This document shows positions 38,345 to 49,147 of a stretch of 64,000 bases of DNA, piece after piece (the first letter of the stretch is position 1; each line of letters begins with the position of its first letter). Position numbers and translations under genes: made by a program. Origin of the DNA: Oceanispirochaeta sp. (GTDB lineage Bacteria > Spirochaetota > Spirochaetia > DSM-2461). Location: positions 96,001 to 160,000 of the forward strand of contig CAXXXD010000004.1 in assembly GCA_963663385.2 (NCBI GenBank). Direction: 5' to 3'. Under the pieces are notes generated by a model, which saw only the letters and a list, made by a program, of their open reading frames with translations, did no database searches and was not told where the DNA came from.

Positions 38345-39256
38345 ATGAAGGAGTATGAGAGTTATCCTATGTTATATTGTAGAAAAATGGTACTTGTTTC
38401 AGTTTCTGTTCTGTTATTATTTGGCTGCCGGAAGAAAAATGAGCTTGTCATCAGGGATTCTCCCTCTGATGAACCGTCTGCTGTCAATGAAGAGTTGCCG
38501 GAGAGTGACCGGATGGAAATGGAGAAGCCTCTTATTGCACTTTCCGACTCTGATACTCTGCTGATTATGGTCCGGCAGGACGGAGCTCCGGGGATGTATC
38601 TGGGAGAAGATGACAAACTGCACGGTTTCTATGTGGATCTTGAAAAAATGATAATGGACGAAATGGGGCAGGCTTACCGTCTGATTCCCTATAGTGATGT
38701 GGGGCCTATCATTCTGAAGCTGAAATCGGGCGAAGTTCATAGTGCACTGGCGGCTCCCGATCTGGCAGATTACAGAAGCTTTCTCAACCTGTCCGTGCCG
38801 TATGAGATTTTAAACTATGTCACTTTTATCAGAAAGGGCGATTCGCGGTTTGACGATTCCTCACGGGATGCGGTTATTCAAAGCCTGGAAGGAAAGAAAG
38901 TCGGAGTCCAGGCTCAGGGTCATATTTATCAGCTCTTACGGGACAATCGGAATATAGAGCTGGTTGAATATCCGACTACCACAATGGCATTGGAAGATCT
39001 GAACAAAGGTCTTCTGGATGCCGTTCCGGATGTTAAGAGAATCGGTGAATATTATGCGGGGCTGAAGGGTTGGGAGATAACCCCTGTCGGCGGTGTCATT
39101 TTCAGCCATAAAATTACCACGGCTTTTTCTCAAATGCTCGCGCCTGCTCTGCTTGAGAAGTACAACACAGCATTAACGGCACTAATGGATCAGGGAAAAG
39201 TCCGGGAGCTGTATGAAAGTTACTTTGCGCCTGAAAACTTATATACCAGACCCTGA
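38345..39256 (+). CDS. Family-3 (amino acid-type) substrate-binding lipoprotein
   Basis: Lipobox LLFGC; GFYVDL, LEGKKVGVQ, ALEDL..G.LDA; true start may be downstream. Confidence 0.75.
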   Translation: MKEYESYPMLYCRKMVLVSVSVLLLFGCRKKNELVIRDSPSDEPSAVNEELPESDRMEMEKPLIALSDSDTLLIMVRQDGAPGMYLGEDDKLHGFYVDLEKMIMDEMGQAYRLIPYSDVGPIILKLKSGEVHSALAAPDLADYRSFLNLSVPYEILNYVTFIRKGDSRFDDSSRDAVIQSLEGKKVGVQAQGHIYQLLRDNRNIELVEYPTTTMALEDLNKGLLDAVPDVKRIGEYYAGLKGWEITPVGGVIFSHKITTAFSQMLAPALLEKYNTALTALMDQGKVRELYESYFAPENLYTRP

Positions 39257-39382
39257 GATTTCGTAAAAGGCAGGCGGTCAAACTCTACCGGGGGAGTGTG
39301 ATAATAGAAGAATCCCGGCGCAAACCCGGAAACAAGTCTTCCGGATTTGACAAAATCGGGTTCCGGCTGAATACTGTTTGCC

Positions 39383-41062
39383 ATGATCAGTCGGAACCTG
39401 ACTCTGAAAAAACGGTTTTTCATTTTCTTTTTTCTCCTTATTGTCCTGCCAATTTTTCTTTTTATGACTCTCGTATTCGAGCGGTACTACTCCGCTCTGT
39501 TCGACGCAAGGCTCAGGGAGTCGGAAAACCTGATCCGCAGTTACGGCGAATCGATAGAGGAAGAAATCAAAACCATGTCCCTGAAAACATCGGCTCTGGC
39601 TTTCAACCGTGAATTTATCGATCTGGCTGAAAAGTACAGCCAGGCGGAGAACCAGAAGGATGCCTTTCTACAGGGGAAATCCATGGAAAATATTCTGAAT
39701 ATCTATTTTGACTACTCTGATGACATCATTACTCTGTGTCTTCTTTTCCGGGGTGACCGCTCCTATATCTACAAGAATCCTCTGCCCGAACCGCCCAACC
39801 TCATGCGGAACGACGACTGGTTCAGGCAGATCTCAAATGAAAAAGGGAAAATATTCCTGATCAATGATTTGACTTACAAGAAAGCTCACGGTACGCCGAA
39901 CCTGCGTTTCGGGGCGGCTATACGGCCTGATGCGGGCCTGCGGACATCCCTCGAGGCGATTCTGGTTCTCTACCAGTCCAGAACCCTTAACAGCATCGCG
40001 GCAAACAGCCCCGAATCGGGACGATTCACCGTTTTAGACGGCATGGGTGCCAAATTGTTTGCCGAAGGATCCCTGAACAGCAGGGGAAAAATAATAAAAC
40101 GAAGCTATCCTATCGGCAATACTTCCTGGTCTCTGGAAAATACAATGTCCCTGAGCGAGATAAGACAGCCCGTGCTGGACAGCTTTTTCATCTTTCTTAT
40201 TTTTATGCTCATCATAACCGCATTGTTTTTTCTCTTTGTCATGTCCCAGTTCAGACTGATCATCGGCCCTATCAATTACTCTATCGGAACCATGGCCAGA
40301 CTGGAAAAGGGGGATTTTTCCGTTCGTCTCAAAGCCTCCCCCATCCCCGAGCTGAATCATATGGCCGACTCCTTTAACAGCATGGTCAGGGAGATTGAAA
40401 ATCTGACAGAGGAGATCCGTAAGACCGAAGGAGAGAAGAGAAAGGTGGAAGTCCGGGCGCTGCAGTACCAGATCAATCCTCATTTCCTCTCAAACACGCT
40501 CAATTCCATCAAGATCATGGCCAGAATGATACAAGCCGATACAATCCGGGAAACCACAACGAGTCTTATGCGTATCCTTTCCGACACATTCCGCCATCCG
40601 GGACGGCTTAATACGGTAGAACAGGAACTGGCGATCCTCAGGGATTACATTCAGATTATGAAGATCCGCTTTAATAATTCCTTTACCGTAGCGTTCCGTC
40701 TTTCTGAAGAAGCCAAACCGGTGGGCATAATGAAACTGCTCATTCAGCCTATCGTGGAAAATGCGGTTGTCCACGGACTTCGGGAAAAAGAAGCAGGTGG
40801 ACGACTGTTTATAAAAGCATTCATCCGGGAGGAAAAACTGGTCGTTCAGGTGGTAGACAATGGCGAAGGAATGGAAAGCCTTCCTGAAAATATACCTGAC
40901 GAGGATTCCCATAACGGAATGTATAACATCGGTCTGCAGAATGTGATGGATAGAATTCGCCTCAATTACGGAGATCCCTACGGGATAGAAATTACAGGCA
41001 GGAAAAACTGCTACACTAAAGTCGAAATCCTGCTGCCTGTCTGTGGAGTGCATGATGATTAA
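39383..41062 (+). CDS. Sensor histidine kinase (YesM/LytS type)
   Basis: HAMP domain; ALQYQINPHFLSNTL; QPIVENAVVHG. Confidence 0.92.
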   Translation: MISRNLTLKKRFFIFFFLLIVLPIFLFMTLVFERYYSALFDARLRESENLIRSYGESIEEEIKTMSLKTSALAFNREFIDLAEKYSQAENQKDAFLQGKSMENILNIYFDYSDDIITLCLLFRGDRSYIYKNPLPEPPNLMRNDDWFRQISNEKGKIFLINDLTYKKAHGTPNLRFGAAIRPDAGLRTSLEAILVLYQSRTLNSIAANSPESGRFTVLDGMGAKLFAEGSLNSRGKIIKRSYPIGNTSWSLENTMSLSEIRQPVLDSFFIFLIFMLIITALFFLFVMSQFRLIIGPINYSIGTMARLEKGDFSVRLKASPIPELNHMADSFNSMVREIENLTEEIRKTEGEKRKVEVRALQYQINPHFLSNTLNSIKIMARMIQADTIRETTTSLMRILSDTFRHPGRLNTVEQELAILRDYIQIMKIRFNNSFTVAFRLSEEAKPVGIMKLLIQPIVENAVVHGLREKEAGGRLFIKAFIREEKLVVQVVDNGEGMESLPENIPDEDSHNGMYNIGLQNVMDRIRLNYGDPYGIEITGRKNCYTKVEILLPVCGVHDD

Positions 41063-42209
41063 CGTTGTTATTGCCGATGATGAACCCCTGGCGCTGATAG
41101 AGCTCAGAAGCCTGATCCCCTGGGAGGAGAACGGCTTCCGCATCATCGGGGAATTCCGGAACGGAAAAAGCGCTCTGGATTTTCTGACTGAGCATGAGGA
41201 AGCAGATCTTGCCATCCTGGACATCAATATGCCGGCAATGTCCGGCTTGAAAGTCATCGAGGAGAGAAACAGGATCGACAGACCCGTCGAGTATCTGGTG
41301 GTGAGCGCCTACAGCGATTACCCTCTTGTGAGAAAAGCCTTTAAAATGGGGATCTCCGACTATATCATCAAGGAAGAGCTGGAGCCGGAAAATCTCCTGC
41401 CGGTCCTGCAGAAGATTGCCGCCCGTATAGAAAGACGGCGGATTAACAGTACGGCCGGAAGGACCGGGCTCCAAAAGGAAGAGCGGGAAGCTCTCATTCG
41501 CTTTTTAACAGCAGGAGGTTCGGTTCCCGATATCGCTCCCTTGAACTGCAGCGGGAAAGCATTCCGTCCTGTAAAGATTGAACAGCTGACCTGCAGGGAA
41601 GGTGAATCCTCTGCCGATGGCAAAGCTCTTCTCTCCCTGATCGAAGAAGCTGCGGAAAAGGTCTGTCCGGGGGCTTTCTGTCTGGAAGATGAAAAATGCT
41701 GTTATCTGATTCTCCCTTTTGATAATGATGATAAAAACGCGGCTGAAAAATGCCGACGCTTTAGCGGGGAGATAAAGCAGAGGGTAAAGCTGTATTTCAA
41801 CAAGCTGCTGATTCTCTCATGGGAGGAGAGCGGTGCGCCGGAAGAGCTGCCTTCCTGTTTCGGGAAACTGAAATTGCTCCGCAGATTCAGAAGCCGGGGT
41901 ATCCGTCTCTCCATGGAATACATACAGGAGCATTACAGTGAAAGCGAGCTCAGCTTTGAAGATCTCTGTTCACTTACAGGTTCGAGCCGCAGTTATCTCA
42001 GTTCCCTGTTCAAGCAGGAAACGGGAGTCGGCTATAAGGATTATCTGAATGAAGTGCGCATCTCCCATGCGCTGTCTCTCCTCGACAAATCGGATATAAA
42101 AGTCCAGGAGGTTTCCGATCATGTAGGATTCTCCAATGTGGAGCATTTCAGCCGGACCTTTAAAAGCCGTACGGGAATTTCGCCGAGTCAGTATTCCCGC
42201 CGGAAATAA
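41052..42209 (+). CDS. Response regulator with AraC output (YesN type)
   Basis: IADDE, LDINMP, YLSSLFKQETG, HFSRTFK. Confidence 0.9.
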   Translation: MMINVVIADDEPLALIELRSLIPWEENGFRIIGEFRNGKSALDFLTEHEEADLAILDINMPAMSGLKVIEERNRIDRPVEYLVVSAYSDYPLVRKAFKMGISDYIIKEELEPENLLPVLQKIAARIERRRINSTAGRTGLQKEEREALIRFLTAGGSVPDIAPLNCSGKAFRPVKIEQLTCREGESSADGKALLSLIEEAAEKVCPGAFCLEDEKCCYLILPFDNDDKNAAEKCRRFSGEIKQRVKLYFNKLLILSWEESGAPEELPSCFGKLKLLRRFRSRGIRLSMEYIQEHYSESELSFEDLCSLTGSSRSYLSSLFKQETGVGYKDYLNEVRISHALSLLDKSDIKVQEVSDHVGFSNVEHFSRTFKSRTGISPSQYSRRK

Positions 42210-42296
42210 GACAAAAGATCAAATCCCCAAAAACAGGATCATTCACAGATCCGGAATTGCCCCTGAAAATGAGGAAAGCTTAATAAGGAGTTACAA

Positions 42297-43562
42297 ATGA
42301 AAAAGATTTTAATGGTTTTAACGGCTTTCCTTTTTGCGGGAGCAATGGTCGCTGCAAACGGACAGAAAGATGGAGCTGATGGACAGACCAAACTGAAATT
42401 CGTTACCTGGGATGATGTTATGTTCGAATATATTGTCAATGTGCAGCCGATTGGAGAACTCTACAGAGAGTCTCACCCCAATATTACTATCGAAATCGAA
42501 AAATCCGAAGATTCGGAGAGTTACGAACAGACCATGCAGATCCGCGCCGCGGCAGGGGAACTGCCCGATATCATGCCTCTCAAACCCTATATGCTCGATA
42601 AATATAAAGATTATATGTCACCTCTGAACAATCATCCCTCTGCCGATAAGAATAAATTCGCCTCCATGTATTCGATCGATGGCAATATCATCGGGCTTCC
42701 CATAGCGAGTTTCAATGAATTTGTCTATTACAGAAAGAGTCTGTTTGCGGAACTGGGGCTTGAAATTCCCGCCACCTGGGGTGAATTCCTGAATATTCTG
42801 GAAACCGTTAAGGACGACGGCCGATACATACCCCTGGCAGTAGGGCTCAAAGATGCCTGGCCGGACTATCCGTTTAATGAGTTCATGCCGCTCCTGGAAG
42901 CCGGAAACGGCAACTATTACAATGATATTGCACAGATCGAAAAGCCTTTTACCAAAGGACAGCCTTTTTACGATTCCTACAGAAAGATACAGGATCTGAT
43001 GGATAAAGATGTTATGGGCAAAGATCCATTGGGGATGGGCTGGGACGAGGTCAAGTACCAGTTCTCTTCAGGCAAAGCGGTTATGCTGGCGGCCGGACAG
43101 TGGTATATCGCCGATTATGTCGAGAACCTGGGCGGTGATATAGACGATCTGGGCATCTTCTTTCTTCCCGTCCGGGACAAGGTTTCCGAACCCTTCTACG
43201 CAACTGTTATGGCCGATACTTTTCTGGGAATTCCCAAAGACAGTAAAAATGGCGAAGCGGCATCTGAGTTTATCCGCTGGTTCTTCGATGAATACTACCG
43301 GGACTTTCTGCCTTTCTACGGCGTTTCATCCACTGTGAACGGTATTGAAGTTTCGGGTAATCCCGTTCTGGAGCAGATTCCCAGTCTCGAACAGCCGGAA
43401 TTCATTCTTGTCGAAGCGGAGAGCGCCGCCTTTGCCGAAATCAAAAATGCGATTCAGTTCGATGTTAAGAGGATCGGTCAGGAAATGGCCGCCGGTTACT
43501 ACGACTCCTTTGATGCCCTGATGATGTCCCTCAACGAAGACTGGTCGGAAGCCCTGCAGTAA
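42297..43562 (+). CDS. Sugar ABC substrate-binding protein
   Basis: Signal peptide VAANGQKD; AAGELPDI; GKAVMLAAGQW. Confidence 0.88.
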   Translation: MKKILMVLTAFLFAGAMVAANGQKDGADGQTKLKFVTWDDVMFEYIVNVQPIGELYRESHPNITIEIEKSEDSESYEQTMQIRAAAGELPDIMPLKPYMLDKYKDYMSPLNNHPSADKNKFASMYSIDGNIIGLPIASFNEFVYYRKSLFAELGLEIPATWGEFLNILETVKDDGRYIPLAVGLKDAWPDYPFNEFMPLLEAGNGNYYNDIAQIEKPFTKGQPFYDSYRKIQDLMDKDVMGKDPLGMGWDEVKYQFSSGKAVMLAAGQWYIADYVENLGGDIDDLGIFFLPVRDKVSEPFYATVMADTFLGIPKDSKNGEAASEFIRWFFDEYYRDFLPFYGVSSTVNGIEVSGNPVLEQIPSLEQPEFILVEAESAAFAEIKNAIQFDVKRIGQEMAAGYYDSFDALMMSLNEDWSEALQ

Positions 43563-43650
43563 ATAAACAGGTAACCGATATCAATGCATCCCGCAGGAAC
43601 GGGAGTCTGTTTTCTGCGGGATCTCTTTACCATACTCTCAGGATTTTTAA

Positions 43651-44544
43651 ATGAAATACAATACTTTTGAAAGGGACAAGAATATCACCCTTTTTCTCTA
43701 TCTCACAGTTCCTGTCATTTTGACGGGGCTTCTTATTGTCTATCCGATGATTCGGCTTGTTCTATACAGCTTTTCCGACTGGAACGGGTTAAGCCTTTAC
43801 AGCAATATCGTTGGGGCGGATAACTACAGAAAAATCTTTACAAAGATGCCGGAGGTCTGGTTAAGCCTTAAAAACAACGCGGTCTACTTCTTAGGTCATC
43901 TTTTTTTTATACCCGTTGAAATGCTTATAGCCTACTATCTGGACCGGCAGAGAAGGTTCGGGGAATTTTACAAGACTATGGTTCTTCTCCCCTTTATTGT
44001 AAACGGTGTGGCCGTATCCTATATGTTCAGTTTTTTCTTCTCTCCCAACAACGGCACGATGGATGCTATTCTGGCTCTTCTGGGAATCGGCGAACAGTTC
44101 CGGTGGCTGAGCAGTCCCGACCTGGTCAATCTTACGCTGACTGCCGTCTCGATCTGGCGTTTTGCCGGGTTCCATATTGTCCTGTTTCTGGCCGGGGTCA
44201 TCTCCATTCCCCGGGAACTGTTTGAAGCCGCCCAGATTGACGGGGCCGGAGAAGGTCTTATATTCCGGAAAATTGTACTCCCCAATATCATCATCATTCT
44301 TGAAATCGTTCTCTTCCTCAATGTTCGGGGGGCCCTTCAGGTATTCGATATCCCCTTTGTTATAACCGGTGGCGGTCCGGGATTCGCCAGCAGCACATTC
44401 ACCCTGCTCACCATAAAAACAGCCTTCAATTTCAGCAGTTTCGGACTGGCCTGTGCCATGGCCGTGATCCTTTTCATCCTGATCATTATCTTTTCTGTCA
44501 TTCAGAATCTTCTGCTGAAAAGGGGGAAAAATGATTATCGATAA
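43651..44544 (+). CDS. Sugar ABC permease
   Basis: LFEAAQIDGA, TGGGPG. Confidence 0.9.
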   Translation: MKYNTFERDKNITLFLYLTVPVILTGLLIVYPMIRLVLYSFSDWNGLSLYSNIVGADNYRKIFTKMPEVWLSLKNNAVYFLGHLFFIPVEMLIAYYLDRQRRFGEFYKTMVLLPFIVNGVAVSYMFSFFFSPNNGTMDAILALLGIGEQFRWLSSPDLVNLTLTAVSIWRFAGFHIVLFLAGVISIPRELFEAAQIDGAGEGLIFRKIVLPNIIIILEIVLFLNVRGALQVFDIPFVITGGGPGFASSTFTLLTIKTAFNFSSFGLACAMAVILFILIIIFSVIQNLLLKRGKNDYR

Positions 44545-45367
44545 ATCTAAAAGCGGAGACTGTCTCAGAGCCGGAATCCTGACATTCATGGTTGTTCTTA
44601 TCGTTACGCCTCTTCTTATAACCCTCCTGGCGTCTTTTAAAACAGCCGGAGAAATAGGATCATCCTCTCCTCTGGCTCTGCCTGCCTCCTTATCTGTAGA
44701 GAATTATCTCAACGTCTTCAGAATCGGGCATATCGGACAGGCATTTTTCAACAGCCTATTTCAGGTTTTCGTCAGCCTTTTAATCAATACCCTGCTGGCT
44801 TCGACCGTTTCCTACTGCCTTTCCCGTTTCGATTTTCCCATGAAGAAGTTCATTTTTCTCCTCTTTTTAATGGGGATGATTGTTCCGGTTTATGTAACGG
44901 AAATTTCCCGGTTCGGTATCATAAAGATGCTCGGTCTCTACAATACAAGATGGGCGGGAATTCTTATCTATGCCGGTGCCGATATGATGCAGATCTATGT
45001 GTATCTCCAGTTCATCTCCCAGATCCCCAAAAGCCTTGATGAAAGTGCCATGATTGACGGATTACCCTTATGGAGGATCTACTGGATCATTATCCTGCCT
45101 CTCATTATGCCTGCTGTTGCCACATTGGGCATCCTGAAAATGGTGGATATAATGAACGATATGTATATTCCTTTTCTCTATATGCCTTCATTGAGGCTCA
45201 GAACTCTGACGACAAATCTTATGGCGGCTTTTGCCAATGACCGGCTGGGGTCCTGGCAGAACTTAAGTGCCGCTATCATCATCGTTATGCTGCCCGTAAC
45301 TGTTATCTATCTTCTGTTTCAGAAGCAGGTTATGCGCGGTATAATGGCCGGCGCCGTAAAAGGGTAG
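44531..45367 (+). CDS. Sugar ABC permease
   Basis: LDESAMIDG, GIMAGAVKG. Confidence 0.9.
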   Translation: MIIDKSKSGDCLRAGILTFMVVLIVTPLLITLLASFKTAGEIGSSSPLALPASLSVENYLNVFRIGHIGQAFFNSLFQVFVSLLINTLLASTVSYCLSRFDFPMKKFIFLLFLMGMIVPVYVTEISRFGIIKMLGLYNTRWAGILIYAGADMMQIYVYLQFISQIPKSLDESAMIDGLPLWRIYWIIILPLIMPAVATLGILKMVDIMNDMYIPFLYMPSLRLRTLTTNLMAAFANDRLGSWQNLSAAIIIVMLPVTVIYLLFQKQVMRGIMAGAVKG

Positions 45368-45392
45368 GGACCCGGCATCTGTGGGATTTCTG

Positions 45393-45420
45393 CATCAGGG
45401 GGCTTGCTGATCCCCTGATG
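45393..45420 (+). terminator. Terminator-like hairpin after the ABC operon
   Basis: CATCAGGGG/CCCCTGATG stem. Confidence 0.55.
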
Positions 45421-45441
45421 TATCCTCTGTTATTTCTATCG

Positions 45442-45487
45442 GGTTCATTATTTTAAACCAAAAAACAGTATATTCAGTTTCTTCCGG
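45442..45487 (+). promoter_or_regulatory. Shared 46-bp upstream element, copy A
   Basis: 39/46 identical (manual count) to 47318-47363. Confidence 0.7.
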
Positions 45488-45611
45488 TCTTCTCGAAATA
45501 TATAATTTTTTCTGATTTCCGCAGGTCTGTGTTAATCGGGATTTTCATTTATGAAGCCCGAAATCGCGTCCCTGATAATGATAAAAATATTCAAATTTTG
45601 AGAGGCTGAAA

Positions 45612-47258
45612 ATGAGTACCTGGAATCTTTTTTCGCTGGTCGGTGGATTGGCGATATTTTTATTCGGTATGATGGAGATGAACAAACATCTCACGTCCAT
45701 AGCCGGAAGCAGGATGAAGTCTATCATGCTCACCCTGACAAAAGGAAGGCTGAGAGGATATTTAACCGGACTCGGGATAACGATTGTCAATCAGTCCTCT
45801 TCCGCAACCACAGTCCTTGAAGCTGCTCTTGTAGGGGCGGGACTTATGACTTTTCAGCAGAGCCTCGCCGTAACCCTCGGGGCTGAGCTCGGTTCTACAT
45901 TTCTGCCGCAGCTTGTTGCCTTCCCTTCGATCACAAAGCTTTCCACTCTTATTGTCTTTATCGGTTTTGTAATGCTCCTATCTGTAAAGACCAGGAAAAG
46001 AAAGTATATTGCCATGACCATATTTTCGTTCGGCCTGCTTTTTCTGGGAATGGATATGATGTCTGTTTCTTTAAAACCGCTTCGTTCCTATGAACCCTTT
46101 ATTGAACTGATGAAAAATGTGGAAACCCCGATTCTTGGAATCCTCCTGGGGTTGATTTTTACTATGGTTATTCAATCCTCCGGGGCGACAACAGGTATTA
46201 CCATTGCCATGGCTCTGTCCGGGACCATCTCTCTGGAGCAGGCCATTCCCATTAATCTTGGAGCCGCTGTCGGGACCTGTATCACTGCCGTGCTCGGAAG
46301 CATTTCGCTGAACTGGGAGGCAAAAAGATCGGCCTATATACATATCATGTTTCAGCTGATCGGCGCTGTCTGGGTTTTTATCCTGCTGGTAGTTCCTTTT
46401 CAGGGGGAACGGCTGTATATCTGGTGGATCAAATGGTTTACCCTCCATGTTCTGGGTACCGAGAGTCTGGCCCGCCAGATTGCCATGGGATTTACTTTCA
46501 TGCCGGTCATTAACCATCTGATTGTCTTTCCCAATCTTAGAATAGTTGTGAATCTGTTTAATAAAGTGTTTCCCGAAAGAGAGGTTTCCCAGCCATTCGG
46601 TGCAAAGTATATTCATGACAAACTGATCGATAAAAGCGTTGAGCTGTCTCTGATGATGACAAAAAAGGAGATCCTGCGGGTTACCGGCTATATTCAGGAA
46701 ATGATACAGGATGTGAAAACGGCCTTCAGAAGCAAAGACCCTGAGATCCTGATGAAAGTCAGCGAACTGGATTCAAAAGTGGATACTCTTCACAAAGTTA
46801 TCATTACTTTTCTGGCAAAACTGTCCCAGGAAGAATTAACCAAAAAAGAATCGGAACTGTGCATGAATTATATGTATATACAAAATGAGCTTGAATCCAT
46901 AGGAGATGTTATCGACAAAAATATAATGAGCCTGGCCGCAAAGAAGATTGAGAATAACCTCATATTTTCTGATGAAGGGTTTCATGAACTGGAACACCTC
47001 ATCTATAAGGTGAACAGAAATTTTGAAAATCTGACGGAAGCCCTGAAAAATGATGATCCCCTCAAGATCGGGGTGGTGCTTGATTCCTATAAGAAAAAGG
47101 AAGAGGAAAAATATAAAGAGAAGCATATCGAACGATTATATAAAGGGCAGGCCGAGTCAATTGCAACATCTTCAGTACACCTGGATCTTATTTCCTATTT
47201 TTCCAGAATAAACGCCCATATCGCCTACATCGCGAAAAGGATGCGTCTGGTTTATTAA
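45612..47258 (+). CDS. Na+/phosphate cotransporter family protein with C-terminal PhoU-like domains
   Basis: QSSSATT and QSSGATT repeats, LGA..GT; C-terminal ELDSKVD.LH, ELESIGD. Confidence 0.88.
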   Translation: MSTWNLFSLVGGLAIFLFGMMEMNKHLTSIAGSRMKSIMLTLTKGRLRGYLTGLGITIVNQSSSATTVLEAALVGAGLMTFQQSLAVTLGAELGSTFLPQLVAFPSITKLSTLIVFIGFVMLLSVKTRKRKYIAMTIFSFGLLFLGMDMMSVSLKPLRSYEPFIELMKNVETPILGILLGLIFTMVIQSSGATTGITIAMALSGTISLEQAIPINLGAAVGTCITAVLGSISLNWEAKRSAYIHIMFQLIGAVWVFILLVVPFQGERLYIWWIKWFTLHVLGTESLARQIAMGFTFMPVINHLIVFPNLRIVVNLFNKVFPEREVSQPFGAKYIHDKLIDKSVELSLMMTKKEILRVTGYIQEMIQDVKTAFRSKDPEILMKVSELDSKVDTLHKVIITFLAKLSQEELTKKESELCMNYMYIQNELESIGDVIDKNIMSLAAKKIENNLIFSDEGFHELEHLIYKVNRNFENLTEALKNDDPLKIGVVLDSYKKKEEEKYKEKHIERLYKGQAESIATSSVHLDLISYFSRINAHIAYIAKRMRLVY

Positions 47259-47317
47259 ACTCTCACGTTTCAAATCCGGGGCAGAAATCGCCGTTGACGG
47301 CACCTGATATTCAGTCC

Positions 47318-47363
47318 GGTTCATAAATTTAAACTAAATAACAGTATATTCTGTTTTTTCTGG
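47318..47363 (+). promoter_or_regulatory. Shared 46-bp upstream element, copy B
   Basis: 39/46 identical (manual count) to 45442-45487. Confidence 0.7.
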
Positions 47364-47451
47364 ACGCCCCGGAGTTTATAGTTTTCTAGTGCCGATACCT
47401 TCACCGCTTCGGTAAAGGTAAAGGTGAAAAGTATTTTTCAAGGAGGAATAG

Positions 47452-48504
47452 ATGAAAAAAATATTTTCACAGATTCTGATTATCACCGCGATTCTGGCTC
47501 TGGCATCATGTGGTAACGGAAAAGCAAAAGGGGTCGGCGGCGATTCAGCAGCTGAAAAAGCTGAAAAAATGGTAGCTCAGAAAAAGGTAATCAACATCAG
47601 TACGAAATTTGTTGATGATGAACAGACTGCCATGTCATTGAAGAAAGTTGTCGAACAGGTTAATGAAAGAAGCGGAGGTTCTCTGGAACTGCAGCTCTTC
47701 TCAAGCGGGGTTCTGCCTATCGGTAAAGACGGTATGGAACAGATTGTAGCCGGTTCCGACTGGATCCTTGTTGACGGAGTCAACTTCCTCGGGGATTATG
47801 TTCCCGATTATAATGCGATTACCGGTCCTTTCCTTTACAGTTCCTTTGATGAATATTTCGCCATGACACAGACTGACCTGGTAAAAGGGCTGAACCGGAA
47901 AATTGAAAGCGAATACGGTGTTAAAGTTCTGTCTCTCGACTGGGTCTTCGGATTCAGGAGCATGATGACAAACAAGCCGATTCTGACACCTGCCGATATG
48001 GATGGTCTGAATATCCGTGTACCAACCAGCCAGCTTTACACCTATACTATAGAAGCCATGGGCGGAAATCCCGTTGCCATGCCTTACCCCGATACCTATG
48101 CCGCCCTGCAGCAGGGAGTTATCGATGGTGTTGAGGGATCAATCATGACCTACTACGGAACCCAGCAGTACGAGAATGTCAAGGAATACTCATTGACCAA
48201 CCATCTGCTTGGCGTTTCTGCCGTTACCATTTCTACCAAACTTTGGGACAGACTGACGGAAGAAGAGCAGGCTATCATTCTGGATGCTTTTGAAATGGGA
48301 AGAGAGGACAACCTGAAAGAAACTCTCAAAGCGGAAGGCGAGTTTGTTGATCTTCTTAAAGCGGAAGGTGTTCACTTCAACAAGGTGGACAGCGAAGCAT
48401 TCCTCAAAGCAGCGGCTCCCGTTTATACAAAATTCCCTCAGTGGACTCCCGGTATTTATGACAGGATTCTGGCTGAGCTGGAAAAAATCAAAGCAGCTCA
48501 ATAG
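47452..48504 (+). CDS. TRAP substrate-binding lipoprotein DctP
   Basis: Lipobox LASC; DMDGLNIRVP; TYAALQQGVIDG. Confidence 0.9.
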   Translation: MKKIFSQILIITAILALASCGNGKAKGVGGDSAAEKAEKMVAQKKVINISTKFVDDEQTAMSLKKVVEQVNERSGGSLELQLFSSGVLPIGKDGMEQIVAGSDWILVDGVNFLGDYVPDYNAITGPFLYSSFDEYFAMTQTDLVKGLNRKIESEYGVKVLSLDWVFGFRSMMTNKPILTPADMDGLNIRVPTSQLYTYTIEAMGGNPVAMPYPDTYAALQQGVIDGVEGSIMTYYGTQQYENVKEYSLTNHLLGVSAVTISTKLWDRLTEEEQAIILDAFEMGREDNLKETLKAEGEFVDLLKAEGVHFNKVDSEAFLKAAAPVYTKFPQWTPGIYDRILAELEKIKAAQ

Positions 48505-48518
48505 ATCTGATAATTGCG

Positions 48519-48560
48519 AAAGGATCCCGTTCTTTCTTCAGAGGGAGAACGGGATCCTTT
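48519..48560 (+). terminator. Long intercistronic hairpin between dctP and dctQ
   Basis: 15-bp stem AAAGGATCCCGTTCT/AGAACGGGATCCTTT. Confidence 0.65.
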
Positions 48561-48583
48561 GCTGATTAAAAAAAGGGATTCTT

Positions 48584-49147
48584 ATGAAAACAAATTTGAA
48601 AAAATGGGGCGTCCATTTTGAATTGTACATAGGGGCAGTTTTTCTGTCTGTTACAACAATTATTGTCATTATGAATGTCATCACACGATATTTCCTGCAT
48701 TTTACTTTCACCTGGGCAGAAGAGATTGCTGTCGGCTGTTTTGTCTGGACCATCTTTCTCGGGCTTGCCAATGCCTATAAAACCAGAGGGCTTATAGGTG
48801 TGGAGCTTCTGACGAATATGGTTCCGGAAAAGGGACGACCGGTTGTCGTGTTCATTACATCTCTTATCGTATCTGTCCTTGCGGGTACAATGTTTATTTT
48901 CAGTTTCAAGTATGTAATGAACTCAACAAAGATTACAGCCGCTCTGGAATTGTCCTACAAGTATATATACAGTTCCATGGTATTTTCATTCGCATTGATT
49001 ACACTCTATTCCCTGTATTTTCTGGAACAGAGTTTTAAAAAAATGGTTACAGGCGCTGATGTGAACCTTGAAATCGAAGATGACCTTGAAAAACAGCTTC
49101 TGAACAGCGAGCTGGAGATGATGAAAATCAGGATGGAGGTTGAGTAA
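48584..49147 (+). CDS. TRAP small permease DctQ
   Basis: WAEEIA, 4 TM segments. Confidence 0.88.
   Translation: MKTNLKKWGVHFELYIGAVFLSVTTIIVIMNVITRYFLHFTFTWAEEIAVGCFVWTIFLGLANAYKTRGLIGVELLTNMVPEKGRPVVVFITSLIVSVLAGTMFIFSFKYVMNSTKITAALELSYKYIYSSMVFSFALITLYSLYFLEQSFKKMVTGADVNLEIEDDLEKQLLNSELEMMKIRMEVE

Noticed and set aside
42211..42245. GATCA repeats 20 bp apart upstream of the SBP gene, and AGTAC repeats near 24280-24330
   Set aside because: Plausible response-regulator sites, but too short and single-copy to support
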